Shown here one piece after another: positions 1-14,790 of a stretch of 64,000 bases of DNA (its first letter is position 1; each line of letters starts with the position of its first letter). Both the position numbers and the translations under genes were made by a program. A model generated the notes under the pieces. It was given only the letters and a program-made list of their open reading frames with translations. It searched no databases and had not been told where the DNA came from. This stretch comes from Salpingoeca rosetta. Its lineage: Eukaryota > Protista > Choanoflagellata. The stretch is from positions 257,745 through 321,744 of the forward strand of contig JAWQFM010000031.1 in NCBI GenBank assembly GCA_033442325.1, in the 5' to 3' direction.

Positions 1-4
1 CTTT

Positions 5-38
<34 letters not shown>

Positions 39-195
39 ACTTGTCTTGATTGTGTTGTATCGGGCATTGCATGCCTTCAGCCCTTCTCCATCGTGTACTT
101 GGCAACCAACCCCCTCCTTCATACACACACACGCACACACACACACACATACACACACACACACACACCCTCTCTCGCTGTCTCTCTTGTGTCAG

Positions 196-401
196 GATGA
201 CGACAGAGTACAAGTCGAAGCTGCAGAAGCTGGCGAAGGACATTCTTGAAAAGTACAAGGTTGGTGTGGAATGTGCTCACGGTACCACGTGTCGTGTCGC
301 CTCTGCTGTGATGTGATGCGTTGTCCCCTCTCGTGCTCACGTTTCGCTTGTGGGTCACCTTTCCCCCTCCTATCAACCGCCAACACGCACACGCATACAC
401 G

Positions 402-444
<43 letters not shown>

Positions 445-846
445 TCACACGCGCGCATACACACACCTGCATTCACGTCACAGCATCAGGCCCGCAACAT
501 CCGCAACAAGTACGTGGCGCAGCTGAAGAAGAGCGATGCAACAAAGGACGACAAGCGGCACATCGAAACATATGTGCGATTGCAATAGCAGTGCTTGCTT
601 GCATGAACTGCTGTTTGATGGTTTGTTCTTTGAAAGCTTTCGGCACTGTGTCGACTACTTGTGCTTCTCCTTACTCACACGTATCTACACACACATGCAC
701 ACATGCGTACACACGTATCACACACATACACACACACACACACATTCCCACGCATTCCCACGCATCAGATTCAGCAGTGCATGGACGGGCATTTGCGAAC
801 GATGGACGCTGCGTATGAAGCCAAACACAAGGCCCTCTCTTCGTGA
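196..846 (+). CDS. MRRF: Mitochondrial ribosome recycling factor, C-terminal part (5' exons upstream of window)
   Basis: GT-AG exons 196-259, 484-573, 769-846 join to MTTEYKSKLQKLAKDILEKYKHQARNIRNKYVAQLKKSDATKDDKRHIETYIQQCMDGHLRTMDAAYEAKHKALSS*, matching the RRF C-terminal helices (T.E...L.K.AK...E..K...RNIR...LKK....D....E..IQ...D......D.....K.K.L). Confidence 0.8.
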
Positions 847-988
847 ACGTGGCCACACACGTTGCGTAAACACTTGAACTCGACATGATGATGGTGGCGG
901 CGGAGAGGTGTGCTGGAAGCCAGAGGCAGGAACGTGAGGACAGCATCGTGGACACACACAAACACACACACATCCACGCACACACACC

Positions 989-1022
<34 letters not shown>

Positions 1023-1885
1023 CCAACAACAACAACAGACAAACAATCAAACAAAACACTCGCCCCTCCCTGCCTTGAAACCAACTTCTTGAGGTCGTGT
1101 TGGGCGCGTGTCAGGTTGCGTAGTGGTGGCGAATCTTTCGTGAATTTTTTCCGTTCGCGCCCGTGATTGCACACGCACACACACACAAAACTTGGCTGGG
1201 TTGGGTGAGGCATGACGTGTGACGCGATGTGGCCTTGGTGACCAACAAGTGCTTGAGCGGGCGAGTTGGTTGTGCTTCTTCTTGCTTTTGCCTTTGCCTT
1301 GCTACTTTTGTGTCTGGCTCACTCCCTCGCTTGCTTGCTCACCTTTCTCCTCTTGCTTGGCATACAAAAACAAACACACGCACGCTTTCACTAGCCCACT
1401 CCAGGACACGTACTGTTGCCTCTCTCTGTGTGTTCTGGTGGGTGAGTCGCTTCTTTGCTTTTGCCTCTTTTGTTTTCTTCTCCGTATGTCATCATCATCT
1501 CCCATCCCCACCCACCCACACTGACCGCGAACCACGTGCGACCCACATTTCATCATATCCAACCAAAGAACCCAAACTCTTACACACCACAACCACACCA
1601 CAACTTCACACACCCCACCACAACCACAGCACCCCAACCTGCGCGGCATCTCACCACACATCAGAGCTGACGAGCCAATCAACCACCCAATCACCACCCA
1701 ATCACCAACTAGCCGGCATCGAGCAGCAGCTGCACGACTTCAAGAACTTGTGACATAAAGCCGCCGTCACCTCGTCCAACCAAAACCTTCACCCCGATCC
1801 ACCCTTTGGTCAGGATATTTGTGCTGGTTGTCAATGCGGTCCTTGAGCCAACCAAAACCCGTTTGATCTCACATCCACCATTGCG

Positions 1886-1924
<39 letters not shown>

Positions 1925-2383
1925 ATATGCACATTGCTTCATTCATTTCCACACATACACACATCCATCAATCCATTTCCGCATTCAACCGTGTTTTCGC
2001 CTCGCACACCATCTCTTTCCAACGTCCGCGACTTGTCGCCACCCCCTCTCTCCACTTCTTGGTACGTTCTCGCGCACGCGTGTGCTCGTGTCTGGGCGTC
2101 ATGTGTGTGATATGTGCGTGTGTCAATGCCACGTCAACCGCGGTTTGGTGTGCGTTTGCATCGTGCACCATTCATGCCGATGACATCAGCGCAAGTTTCC
2201 ATGTATCTGATGGGAACCAACAACGCAATACACACACACAACACATGGGCTGCTGGTGTTTATGATTGTGGTGCACACGTTCACACGTTTCCCCCTTTGC
2301 CGTGCATTTTCTTTATTCAACACCACCATCTTCGCTCACCTCACTTTCCCTTGTGCCCTTGGCGACCGTGCTGGTCCCATCGT

Positions 2384-2435
<52 letters not shown>

Positions 2436-2538
2436 CACACACATCCACACACACACACACATATACACACACACGCACACGCACACACACACGCACACAG
2501 ATCTGCGCCCACTTCCACCCACTCCGCCGACATCCAGC

Positions 2539-3439
2539 ATGACAACAGTAATGAGCGAGCAGAACCAGGTTGAGAACCCCCACACACACGTGGACGCGCT
2601 CAAGGATGAGCTGAGCGAGGCCCGCCACCGCCTCAACGACTTTGTCGCCTACGGCATCGGCGGCCTCCCCGTGCGTAAGGAGTCGATGCTCTTTCACGAG
2701 GTCAGCTGCATGGTGCGCCGCCCGCCCTTCACCCGCACGTCGCGCCGCAAGAACGTGCTGAAGAGCGTGGACTTTCCGGAAGGGTGCGAGTACGACGAGG
2801 CCGTCGTCGACAGACCGCTCCGCGTCATCCCCGAGGCGCTGCGGCAGCAGACGCACAGCTTCGGCTTCAACGCGCTTGAGATGACGCCGTCGCAGATGCT
2901 CGCGCACTGGTTCATCATGTTCCAGGAGTACGACCTGCTGTCCAAGTACAAGATCCACGGCGAGACGCTTCGCGACTACTTCCTCACCGTGCACAACGCG
3001 TACCGCACCAACACATACCACAACTTCAACCACGCCATGGACGTGGCCCAGTTTGCCTTTGCGCTCTTTGCCAACTCGGAGCAGCTGCGCACCAAGCTCT
3101 CCTCCCTCGACATCCTGTGCTGTCTCGTGCTCGGGCTCGCACACGACATGGACCACCCCGGCGTCAACAACGCCTTCCTCGTCAAGACGCGCGACCCCGT
3201 CGCCATGCTCTACAACGACCAGTCTGTGCTGGAGAACGCACACGCGGCGTCCCTCTTCCTCATGTTCCACAACAAGCCCACGTGCAACGTGCTGGCCAAC
3301 GTGGAGGGCGACGAGTACTCGCAGGCGCGCAAGACCATTCTCCGAGGCATCCTTGCCACAGATATGGCCCGCCACTTTGCCCTCGTGAAGGTGCGTGTGT
3401 TGGGTTGTTGTTGTTGTTGTTGTTGTTATTATTATTATT

Positions 3440-3534
<95 letters not shown>

Positions 3535-4378
3535 AGTTGTGTTTGTGCCTGTCTGTCTGTCTGTATGTATGTGTGTTTGAGCCCTTGAGTAGTTGTTGTG
3601 TGCGCGTCTGTGTTTGTGTTTGTGTGCGCATGAGCAATGCGTTGTTGGTGTGGTGTGTTTCTACGCGTGCAACAACCACATCACCTACGTGTAACACTTA
3701 TGCCCACCCATCATCACGCGTGTCACCACCACCAACAGGAGATTTCGGCGCACCAGTCGCTGACGGAGGTGGAGGAGGTCCCTGATGACGTGCGCATGTC
3801 CCTCATCGACTGCATCGCAAAGTCCGGCGACATCTGCCATCTCGTCAGTCCAGCACACACACGCGCACTTGCTGTTGGGGGATGGAGGGGAGGGTGGATT
3901 CTTTGCGCTGCTGCTTTGTGTATTGTGCATGCTGTGCTGTCAAATGCTGCTGCTGGCGCTTTTGTGACTGCCACTCTACCACCACCACCACCACCACCAC
4001 TATCCCATCACCACTAAACCACTTCCTTCTCACCCCCACCACCACCCAAACAACATCCTTCTCACCACCACAACCACCACCACCAACACCAACATCATCA
4101 ACCCCCAACAGGTGCGGCCGTGGCCCGTGGCCAAGGCGTGGGAGGACCTGGTGATGGAGGAGTTCTTTGAGCAGGGCGACTACGAGAAGCAGCTGGGTAT
4201 GACGCCCGACGGGCTCTTTGACCGGGAGAAGTGCAAGGTGGCCAACTCGCAGTGCTGGTTCTACGACAACATGGGCAAGCCGCTGTTCAAGGCGCTGGAG
4301 CACCACGTGCCGACCACCGCCGCAACCCTCCTCGATGTCATGCAGGCAAACGTCTCAAAGTGGAAGGAAATGTGCTGA
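2539..4378 (+). CDS. Class I 3',5'-cyclic nucleotide phosphodiesterase (PDEase_I catalytic domain)
   Basis: Exons ~2539-3390, 3739-3843, 4112-4378. Motifs [22 protein letters not shown] (HDxxHxGxxN), [42 protein letters not shown]...SQ. True start uncertain (acceptor at 2500 suggests upstream, possibly untranslated, exons). Confidence 0.93.
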
Positions 4379-4924
4379 GCTGGTGTGGGGTGGGAGGTGG
4401 TGGTGACGTGGATGTGATGTGGATGGTAGATGGATGACGGGTGATGGTGTAGGTGGCAATCGTGTGCTGATGTGAGATGGGATGTGTGGCAAAACGTGCA
4501 CACACACACACACACATGCATGCTTGTGCACACGCTGCTACTGCTGCTGCTGTTGATATGGATTTGGATTGGATGAGTGCTGGTATGCTGACTGGAGCGA
4601 ACTAGAACGTGCTGGACATTGTGGTATTGCTGCTGTTTGTTTCCATGCTTCAACAACCCCTTCTTTTGTTTCTGTGTTGTTGTTTGTCCTTACGGAATTG
4701 GTGTGTGTGTGTGCGTGTTTGTGAGCGTGCGTGTGTGTGTGTGTGTGTGTACATGTGCGTGTACATGTGCGTGTGTGTTGTGGAATTGATGGAAGAAGTG
4801 AAAGCACAAGCAAAACTCGTCAAGTCGTTTATGATGTCGAAGGAGAGAAGTCAATTAACGGAGGAAGCGAACCAAGAACACACCATGGCTCATCATGCGA
4901 GGCGATACAAGCTCACAAGCAAGT

Positions 4925-4981
<57 letters not shown>

Positions 4982-4989
4982 ACACACAA

Positions 4990-5030
<41 letters not shown>

Positions 5031-5044
5031 ATCACCACGTCAGG

Positions 5045-5744
5045 TTATGAGAGAATGGGCAGCATGAAGGTGAGGGTCAGGTCATCGTGCAGCAGAAACA
5101 AAATCACGTTCCGTGAGCCAATGCCTGCACACATGGTGGTGGTTTGGATGGACACGATGTCAGGATGTCGAGATGTGAAATGTCCAATATCAGAACACGT
5201 ACACAACACTGCACATGGTGTTCAACAACACATACAAAACACACGCATACATCACACAATCACACACACACACGCACATCCATGATGCCTACGTACTGAG
5301 CAAGAGGTTGTTCGAGTCGCCGAGACAGGCGCCGCCAATGAATTGCGCAATCTTGCGGGCGCTGATCTTCGCAGAGGCAAACGCTCCCGGTGGGCGGGGG
5401 TGTGTCGGTGTCTGGTTGTCGCCTACAATTCGTACGTGTGCATGTGAATGCGTGTTTGTGTGTGTGAGTTGAATGGTACGTGTGTGTGTGTAGGCATTCA
5501 CTTGATTCCACAATCACGGCCACAAACACATCACACACCACACAGCACCGAACACGTCACACTATCACACACCCATCCCGACTCACGCCAGAGCGGGTTG
5601 TCCAGGTTGTTGAAACACGTCTTGACGGTGACAATCTCAGACTGCACCAGCAGCTCCAGCTCCCCGCGCATGTTCGCGCGCACCGTAATGTCTTGCCTGC
5701 AGGCACGGGTACAAGGATAAGGGAAGGGGCCGTGAAGGGAGGTG

Positions 5745-5821
<77 letters not shown>

Positions 5822-6273
5822 NNNNNNNNNNNNNNNNNNNNNNNNNNNNNNNNNNNNNNNNNNNNNNNNNNNNNNNNNNNNNNNNNNNNNNNNNNNNNNN
5901 NNNNNNNNNNNNNNNNNNNNNTTTATAACAACATATGAATTACAATATTCTCTCGTTTCCTGATCGTCTTTCCTCCCCAACTCGAACTGGTGTGTTTGTG
6001 GCTGCCTACGTTGTGGCCCGCCCTCTTACTGAATTCTTTTCCACTGTGCTTGCATCCATGTGCCGTCTATGGGTATGTGTGAGAGTGACAGCCTTACCCT
6101 CTATGCTCATGTGTGTTTTAGTTGGCCGGTGGGTGATCTGAGTATGCGAGATTGAGAACGCAACAGTTCGTGCACCGTGCGTGCGTCTCCCTCCGTCTGT
6201 TGTTCTTTGTGTGCGCCGCGTTTCCGCTTTCTTACACTCACACACACACACACTCTCTCACTGTCTCTGACTA

Positions 6274-6345
<72 letters not shown>

Positions 6346-6720
6346 ACGCGATGGCCTTCATGCGGTCAACAATGTTGCGGAGCAGCTTGATGTCGGGCAT
6401 GTAGATGTTCACCTGTCACACAACAGCACACGGCTTGGGACTGAGTGAAAAAGCACGGCAAGTGCACCGAAGCGAACAGCAACCTTGTTGTCATCCACAC
6501 ACAACGCACACACACACACACACACAATATTCACGCACGTCTGGAATGGGGAGGTCGGGCGGCATGATTGCGTCAATGTCGTCGGCAGGGCGCACGAGCA
6601 CCGGCACATCCTGCACAATCTGCCGCGTCATCCCCGTCGATGACATCTGATGTGATGTGTGTATATGCGATGTGTGATGTGATGTGTGTGTGTGTGTGTG
6701 TATATGCGATGTGTGATGTG

Positions 6721-6759
<39 letters not shown>

Positions 6760-7649
6760 ATGGGTGGGGTTGTTGAGGATCAGATGTGGCCAACGCATGA
6801 AAACGTATGCACGCACACATAAAAGCCTCACAACCACAATCACACACACAACACAATCACACACACGCACACACAACCACAGTCACACACGCACCGTGCC
6901 GATTTTGAAGGTGAGGTAGGGCGTGTTCTGCTTCTTGGCCAGCTTGATCACCAAATCATGACAGTTTGACGCAGACCTGCAAGAGCGCGCACGCACGTTG
7001 GGTCAGTACTTCAGGCACACGATGCCATCAAACCAGCGGTGCATGAATGCACACACACACACACATAAGCAAGCGCATGCACAGCACACGTACCGCAGTG
7101 CGCGGGCAAAGTGGTCGAGGTTGAACTGGAGCAACACTTCGCTTCGTGGATGCAAGCTTTGCACGGCAAAGGACTCAAACAAGTTGGCCTAACCAGAGCA
7201 CCGAGGGAAAGTGTGAGTGTGTGTGTGTGTGTGTGTGTGAAGTATGCGTGGCTACGATTGGCCACACGCACGAGGATCGTGTAAGACACACATGTACACA
7301 CATCACTCACTAACTCACTGACTCACACACACACACACACATACACGCATACACAAATTCACTGCACCTGCAAGACTTCGATCCAGATGCGCTCGGAATC
7401 GCTCAAAGAGTCCTCGTCCACAGTAAAGTGAAGTCTGGATGGTGTGATACGCAGACACGTCTGCTTGAAGTTACATGCCTTCTGAAACACCGTTACAATG
7501 TCTTGAGACATGGCGGGACGTGAGTGCGTGATGTGAGTCCGGGAACACGAATGCAACACACACACATACTCACACACACACACACATGCATACTCACTGG
7601 TGAGGGTCGCCACGTTCTTGGCGTTTGTCATTCGCGCGCGAAACCTCAT
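5045..7649 (-). CDS. HUS1: HUS1 checkpoint clamp subunit (9-1-1 complex)
   Basis: Multi-exon: MRFRARMT..., KQTCLRITPSRLHF, EVLLQFNLDHFARALR, DLVIKLAKKQNTPYLT, RQIVQDVPV...PDLPIPDVNIYMPDIK, VRANMRGELEL...VKTCFNNLDNP, ISARKIAQFI, LLHDDLTLTFMLPILS*. Collinear with human HUS1 (MKFRAKI...LLHEDVSLQYFIPALS). Confidence 0.92.
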
Positions 7650-7671
7650 ATCTGCCTTTGTCTGCGCGTGC

Positions 7672-7745
<74 letters not shown>

Positions 7746-8601
7746 CGTGTTGTTGTCCTCCTTGTTGCACTCTTCCCTTCTGCTGCTGCTTCTGCTTGTT
7801 CGTCGTTTTCCCGCCAGCTGCTTCGCGTAAACACGTTCGGACGTGAATACACGCAATGCTGACTGCGCGTGTTTTATGTATGCCTTCATCCAATCCTCCA
7901 CGGGTGACGTTCTTGGGTTCTTCGTCCGCCAGCCCGCACGCACGCAGCAGCCAGTCCTTCCTCTTGCTTGCTTGCTTGCCTTGCGTGCGCCTGTCACCTG
8001 CCCCACAACCGCACCTGCTGTTGTCGCATCATCAATTGCGTCGAACAATCCAACGCAAACACAACGAACACACCCGATACACATCATCGCAGGCACGAAC
8101 CCAGATCAGCAGCAGCCTCTCGCACCGTTTTCTTCGTTCAGAGAACAGCCCCCCGCCATCCCAAAAAGCCCCACACAGCACACGCAGAACACGTGGCTGC
8201 AACGCGCCTCTGCGCGTGTTTCTTCCTTCCATTTTGAGACACGAATTCTTCGGAGGGTGGACTATTCGCCTCCTCCTCCACTTCACCACCACCCGCCGTT
8301 GCCCTGCTGCTGCACGCACGCACGCACGCACGCACGTCATCACATCGCCGCCACTGCAAGACGCAAGCAAGCACATCCAAGGGTCTTCCCACTCAAGAAC
8401 ATTGCGCTTTCATCACGCCAACAAACGCAAGCTGCACAAGGGCACTGCAGACACACGCACGCACATACGCACACGCTTTGGACACCGGGCATGCACTGAG
8501 GGTGGTGTTGCGGTCCCTCCATTCATCTTCGTACCACCAGCACCACCGCAACAACAACAACAACTACAACTACGACAACAACAACAACAACTACAACTAC
8601 G

Positions 8602-8710
<109 letters not shown>

Positions 8711-9023
8711 NNNNNNNNNNNNNNNNNNNNNNNNNNNNNNNNNNNNNNNNNNNNNNNNNNNNNNNNNNNNNNNNNNNNNNNNNNNNNNNNNNNNNNNNNN
8801 NNNNNNNNNNNNNNNNNNNNNNNNNNNNNNNNNNNNNNNNNNNNNNNNNNNNNNNNNNNNNNNNNNNNNNNNNNNNNNNNNNNNNNNNNNNNNNNNNNNN
8901 NNNNNNNNNNNNNNNNNNNNNNNNNNCCATCACCTCAATTTTAAGCAACTGCGGTCCGGTATACTCCCCTACCCCCTTTAACGTCCCGATTAGAAGCCAA
9001 CAACTCAATTCCTCCTCCGGCAC

Positions 9024-9096
<73 letters not shown>

Positions 9097-9163
9097 CCAA
9101 CCACACACACACACACACACACACACACACCACACATAAACAGAAGGTGCCACACACGTTACC

Positions 9164-9307
9164 ATGTCTTCCCAATCACAAGCAACCACCGCCGCCAGCA
9201 GCACCGCCACCACCATCGACTTTTCTCCCTCGGACGCGTCGGCGCCAGCACCGAGCACCGCTTCTCGCCCACCACCGCCGCGCCACACCATTGCCAACGG
9301 TGCCGAT

Positions 9308-9338
<31 letters not shown>

Positions 9339-9540
9339 GGGAAGCGGCGTTCGACGCCGCGTTGGAGCGGGGCCGGCGCGGGCGACGCCTCACCCCAACA
9401 ACGCCATCAACGGCAGCAGCGCTCTCCAAACTCAGGCACACGCTGACTGCCGCTGAAATTGCAGCCGCCTCGTCACCGCCGTTTTCTTCTTCCCCCACAT
9501 CCTCCTCATCCACTTCCTCCACATCACCGCCAAGAGCCGC

Positions 9541-9571
<31 letters not shown>

Positions 9572-12500
9572 GCAACAGCAACAACAACACCCGCCACTGC
9601 CCACACCGCACACGCGGCACACACGGCGTCAACCAAGACACATGACCGTGCGCGTGCGACATCCTGGGCACCGAAGCCCCTCAGTGCGCGCCACCACAGC
9701 AACACAGACACATTCCCAACAAGCCTAATCCCCACCACCAACAATGGCACCAACAGCACCAACGGCACTTCCATCGCAGACACTCCGGTCATGGCTACTG
9801 CAGAGAGCCTGAACGACCTCAACTACCACCCGGACGCCACCGACCACGCATACACGCACGCACGCATTCGCGGGCACGCAGCGTACAACCAGGCTGAGGA
9901 GTACGACTACAGTCACGACCGCAACGCACACTCCCCGAGCCGAAGCGAGGCCTGCCTCATTGCTAATCACGATCATGACCACCACCGCCATCACCACGCG
10001 AGCGCGAGCGTCCCCAACACCGCCAACAACAGCGACAACGAGGAATATGACGACGATGATGGTTATGGCATTGACGATGCTGCGAGCGAGGGAGACCCAC
10101 GATACGCATCGGCGCCACGCATGACCCCAAGCGGCGGTGACCTTGAGGATGGGGAGGACTCGCCGCTCACCGTCGCAGAGAAGTGGGCGGAACGCGAGTT
10201 TGCCAGCGCAACGCCAAACGGCAGCCCATCACCGGCACCCACCACGCCCGTTACGGTGGGGTTGAAGAACGAAGGCGCTTACAATGGTGACAGTGGTGGT
10301 GGTGGTGGTGGTGGTGGTGGTGGTGGAGACTGGCAGGCGGTGCAGTGGCGAATGGGCAGCGCCAGCGCACCGACAAGTCCAGTTGGCGATGACCTGCACA
10401 CCTCGCCTCCACCACCATCAACAACAACCGCAACAGCAGCAGCAGGAATGACAACAACAGCCCCGGTCAAGTCGTCACTCAAGCCATCACCAACAGCGCG
10501 GCGGGCCACACCTGCCATCCAACCAGCTGGCACACACGCAGATATGGACCCGGACACGGGTGCACACGCGCACACGCACGTGCGCATTGGGCGGCCGGAG
10601 CAGCAGAAGGAGCACGCAGTGGCGGGAAGGGCGGCCCCCTGGTCCAAGGCGCGGAACAGGGAGGGGCAGGTGCAGGTGTCCGTGAGCGAGCGCACGAAGA
10701 AGAGCATGCAGCGGCAGGAGTCTGCGGCAAAGCGTGAGCGGGATATGCACGACACGAAGGACAAGCGCACTGGCGGCAGCAGCGGTGGCGGTGGTGGTGG
10801 CAACAGTGACAGTGCTGACAACGACACCAACAAAAAGAGCAAGGACAAGGACACGGAAAAGGACAAGGAAAAGGAGAAGGAGAAGGAAAAGCAGCAACAG
10901 GACGAAGACGAGGAGGAGGAAGGGGAGGAGCCGTGGCTGGTCGAACACTGGCGGCTGACACTCTGCATCGTGCTGTTCATCATCGTGGCTGCCGTTGGTG
11001 TGCTGTTCCGCGTGTTCCACCCCAACACCACCATCGCCACCGCGTCCGTTGCTGCATGGGCCATCTTTGTGGACTCGCTCATCGTCCTCATCCCCGTGCT
11101 GTGGGTGCTGGTGCACGTGTTGTCGCGCTGTCTCCTCTTCTTCATGCGTCGCTCGCACCGCTTCCAAGTCCTCTCCTACTACATTCGCACCATGCGCACA
11201 GCCGTTGTCCGGTTTTTGTGGAGCGTGTGTGCGCTTGCGGCGTGGGAGGTGGTGTTTACGCTTGACTTCTTCCCACCGGCGCGCGCGTCCGGTCGCGGCA
11301 TTCGCACACGCGGGCAGCTGTGGTGGGTGGCGCGCGTCATCACCTGTGTCATTGTAGTCGAGGCGTTTGGAATCGTGCGCCAGTACGTCAACAAGTCCGT
11401 CGCGCTCAAGGTGAGCAAACAGCGGGAATTGTGGATGGCGGTGGGGGTGGTGGAGGGTTGAAGGTGGTGAAGGTGGTGACGGGAGAGATGAAGGGGGTGT
11501 TGCTTCACGTTGTTTGATGGTGTGTGAGTCGATGCTGAGGCACTGCTTTTCGCACGTTTGTATTGGGTATCTTTCTCCTCTACCATCATGTTCACCACCA
11601 TCATGTTCACCACCACCACCACTGCCACATATCACACTACCACTCTTACTCGAACCCAATAACCCTACCACTCACTCAATCCATCAACCCCTCCCCCTCC
11701 CCGTCACCAACAGCGCCGTGCCGAGAGCTATCATCAGCGCGTGCGTCAGGTCGTCAAGGCCGAGCAGCTGCTCACCCTCCTCTCCCGGCCCATCCCGCCA
11801 AAGTACACAGTTCCTGTATGTGTGTGTACATGTGTGTGCATGTGTGCGTGCGTGTGTGTGCGTGTGTTTGTGCCGTTGAGGAGGCGGCGGCATGATGACG
11901 TCAGGGGCATCATTTGTTTGGCACATGCTTTCTCGTGTTCTAACCGCCCGTTCTCCTCCTCCTCCTCCTCCTCCTCCTCCTCCTCCTCCTCCTCCTCCTC
12001 CTCCTCCTCCTCCTCCTCACCACCACCACCACTCTCATCACACCTCACTGCAGGCTGCTGACACAGAAGCACCGCACGGCCAAGAAGCGACCCCGACGAC
12101 ACACGCGTGTGGTCACGTTTCAAATGCCCGGTGGACACGCCACCAGCAGGAAGCAGCAGCAACAGTCGGGTCAACAGCCCCCACCACAAGGTCATGTGTG
12201 TGTTTGTTTGTGTGTGCGTGTGTGTGTGTGCAGCTCAAGCTATGACTGCACGGATGAGCCAGCTCACGCTTTCGCTCTTGTGTGTGCAGGTGGCGGTGCT
12301 GGCGAAGTTGTGCGGCGACCTGGGATTCTTTGGCGCAAGGCCGTCGACAAGGTAGCGTTGATGACCAGGGTGATGCGATGCGATGTGATGGTGTGTCATG
12401 GCGATGGGTACTGATGGCCAGGCTTACTTGATGCTCGCATGCGTGTGCTTGGGTTGTCTTGGCTGTCTTCTTCGCCCACATTACGCACGACCAACCACGC

Positions 12501-12753
12501 TCAGTCAAATACTAACCACGCCAACGACGCTCAACCCACCATCCAATCACCCACCACATCACCACGTCGCCACATTGCCGTCTGTACTTTCAGATGCGCG
12601 CCGATCGTGAGCGGGCGCAACAAAAGCAGCAGATGAAGATGCAACAGCAGCAACAACAACAGCAGCGACGAAATAATCATACGCTGACGCACGTGTCGCA
12701 GTCAGAGGCCGTGCTGTCGTCCACACTCCCCCAACAACAGCAACAACAACAGC

Positions 12754-12784
<31 letters not shown>

Positions 12785-12994
12785 GCAACAACAACAGCAG
12801 CGACACGGCGCTGGTGCGACATCTCCCGTGCGTGATGAAGACAGGGATTCGCTCAATGAGTCGCAGGAAACAGACAATTTGTTCCGCACATTGGGCATTC
12901 CAGGTGTGAACCGAAATGAAACATGAATGTGCATGGTTTGGTTGATTGGTTTGCCGTCTTGCCTGCAAGCGCGCTCGCCTGTGCTTGTGTGTGC

Positions 12995-13039
<45 letters not shown>

Positions 13040-13804
13040 GTTGTGTGTGTGTGTGTGTGTGTGTGCGTGTGTGGCTTCTGCGTTTGCTTTGTGTGTGTGT
13101 GTGTGTGTGTGCGTGTGTGTGCTGACGTCCTTTGGCGTCTGCATCGACTGCATAACCTCCACGGCTCCCGCGCGCCTCTTCACGACACTCAATGGCCATA
13201 TTGTGCGTACATGTCTGCACGCTTGTGAACGTCAGGTGTGATGGTGCAGGAACGTATACCCTCAAAGGTTTCTCTCCATGAGTTGGATCTCGACAAACTC
13301 TTCCTCGACGCAAACGCGGTGTGTGTGTCTGTGTGTGTCTGTGTCTTTGTGTGTGTGTGTGTGTGTGTGTGTCTGTGTGTGTGTGTGTCTGTGTGTGTCT
13401 GTGTCTTTGTGTGTGTGTCTTTGTGTGTGTGTGTGTGTGTGTGTTTGCTGCTTCGTTCGCTTCGATTATCACGCTCTAATCAGCGCATCTCACGCACGGT
13501 ACCCTGCGCCTTCTCGCACGTATTACATCCCACCCTCACACCCTCTTGCTCACACTGTTTTGTTCAGATCCAACGTGAGCCGTTGTGGGTGTGCAAACGT
13601 CAGAAGGCAATCCGAACTTTCAAGGTGTCGTGAACTGCACATGTAGTAGTGGCACATGTGATGTTGTTACAGACGACAGGAACATGTGCTTTCTCACATC
13701 TCTTCAGTCATTACCTCCATGTGTTATTGTGTGTCTATTCGTTCCGAATCACCATGACCACCTTCCATCTTGTTACGCAATGTTTCTTGCTTTGTCGGAC
13801 TTGT

Positions 13805-13844
<40 letters not shown>

Positions 13845-13882
13845 GCACAGTTTCACGCACAAATCCCACAATTCCCCCCCCC

Positions 13883-13913
<31 letters not shown>

Positions 13914-14722
13914 TCCCATCTGCAACCTGTATGCTTTCGCTGCCTCCCTGCGCCATGTAGGACGCACGTGCGCTCGGCTCGACCATCTTTGAGTTTTACA
14001 CGCAATTTGTGGGCGGTGCGAAGCTTGATAAGCCGCTGGACACGCTACCCGCATCGCTGCTCAAGCAGGCCCTCTCCCACCACCCAAAGGCGCAGGCACA
14101 GGTGCTGCTGGGGGGTGGGGGTGGTGGGATGAAGGGAAGGGGGAGGGTGTTGTGTGTGTGTCTGTGTGTGTGTGTGTGTGTCTGTGTCTGTCTGTGTGTG
14201 TGTGTGTGTGTGTCTGTGTCTGTGTCTGTGTGTCTGTGTATGTGTGTGTGTGTCTGTGTGTGTCTGTGTCTGTGGCTGTGTGTCTGTGGCTGTGGGTGGC
14301 TGTGGGTAGCTGTGCCTGTCTGGCCACCTGTCTCTCTGTGCATCCACCTGCCTGTCCCGTCTGCCTGACCACACGTGCACTCTCATGCACTCTTCCCTAC
14401 TTGCATCCCATCATCCTCCGCAACTCAACACCCCTCTCCCTTCCCCTTCCTCCTTACCCTCCACCTGTCCTCAATAGGTTGATCCACTGCTTGACCCGAC
14501 GGGCGTGAAGGAGTTGTCACGACAGCACATCATGTCCCGCTGCACGGAGCTCTTCCTCGAGCGCAAAAACCTGTCAAACACGCTCTCGGACCTCGATTCC
14601 ATCATCACCGCCATCGACACGTTCCTGGCATATGTCCAGGCCATTGTCCTCTTTCTCTCGCTCATTGTCGTCTTCAGCTCGGGCGAATTCTCCGAAATCA
14701 CTGTCACCGCAGGTATGGTTGA

Positions 14723-14790
<68 letters not shown>

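Noticed and set aside
1219-2500. ORFs and splice-like sites upstream of the PDE (possible regulatory or rhodopsin-type N-terminus)
   Set aside because: No coherent reading frame or TM helices could be assembled. Likely UTR exons or intergenic, so no support for a rhodopsin-PDE.
3404-3540. (TTG)n ending in TTTAAG, resembling the polyQ tract at 22130-22318
   Set aside because: Too short and simple to infer common origin or a mobile element.
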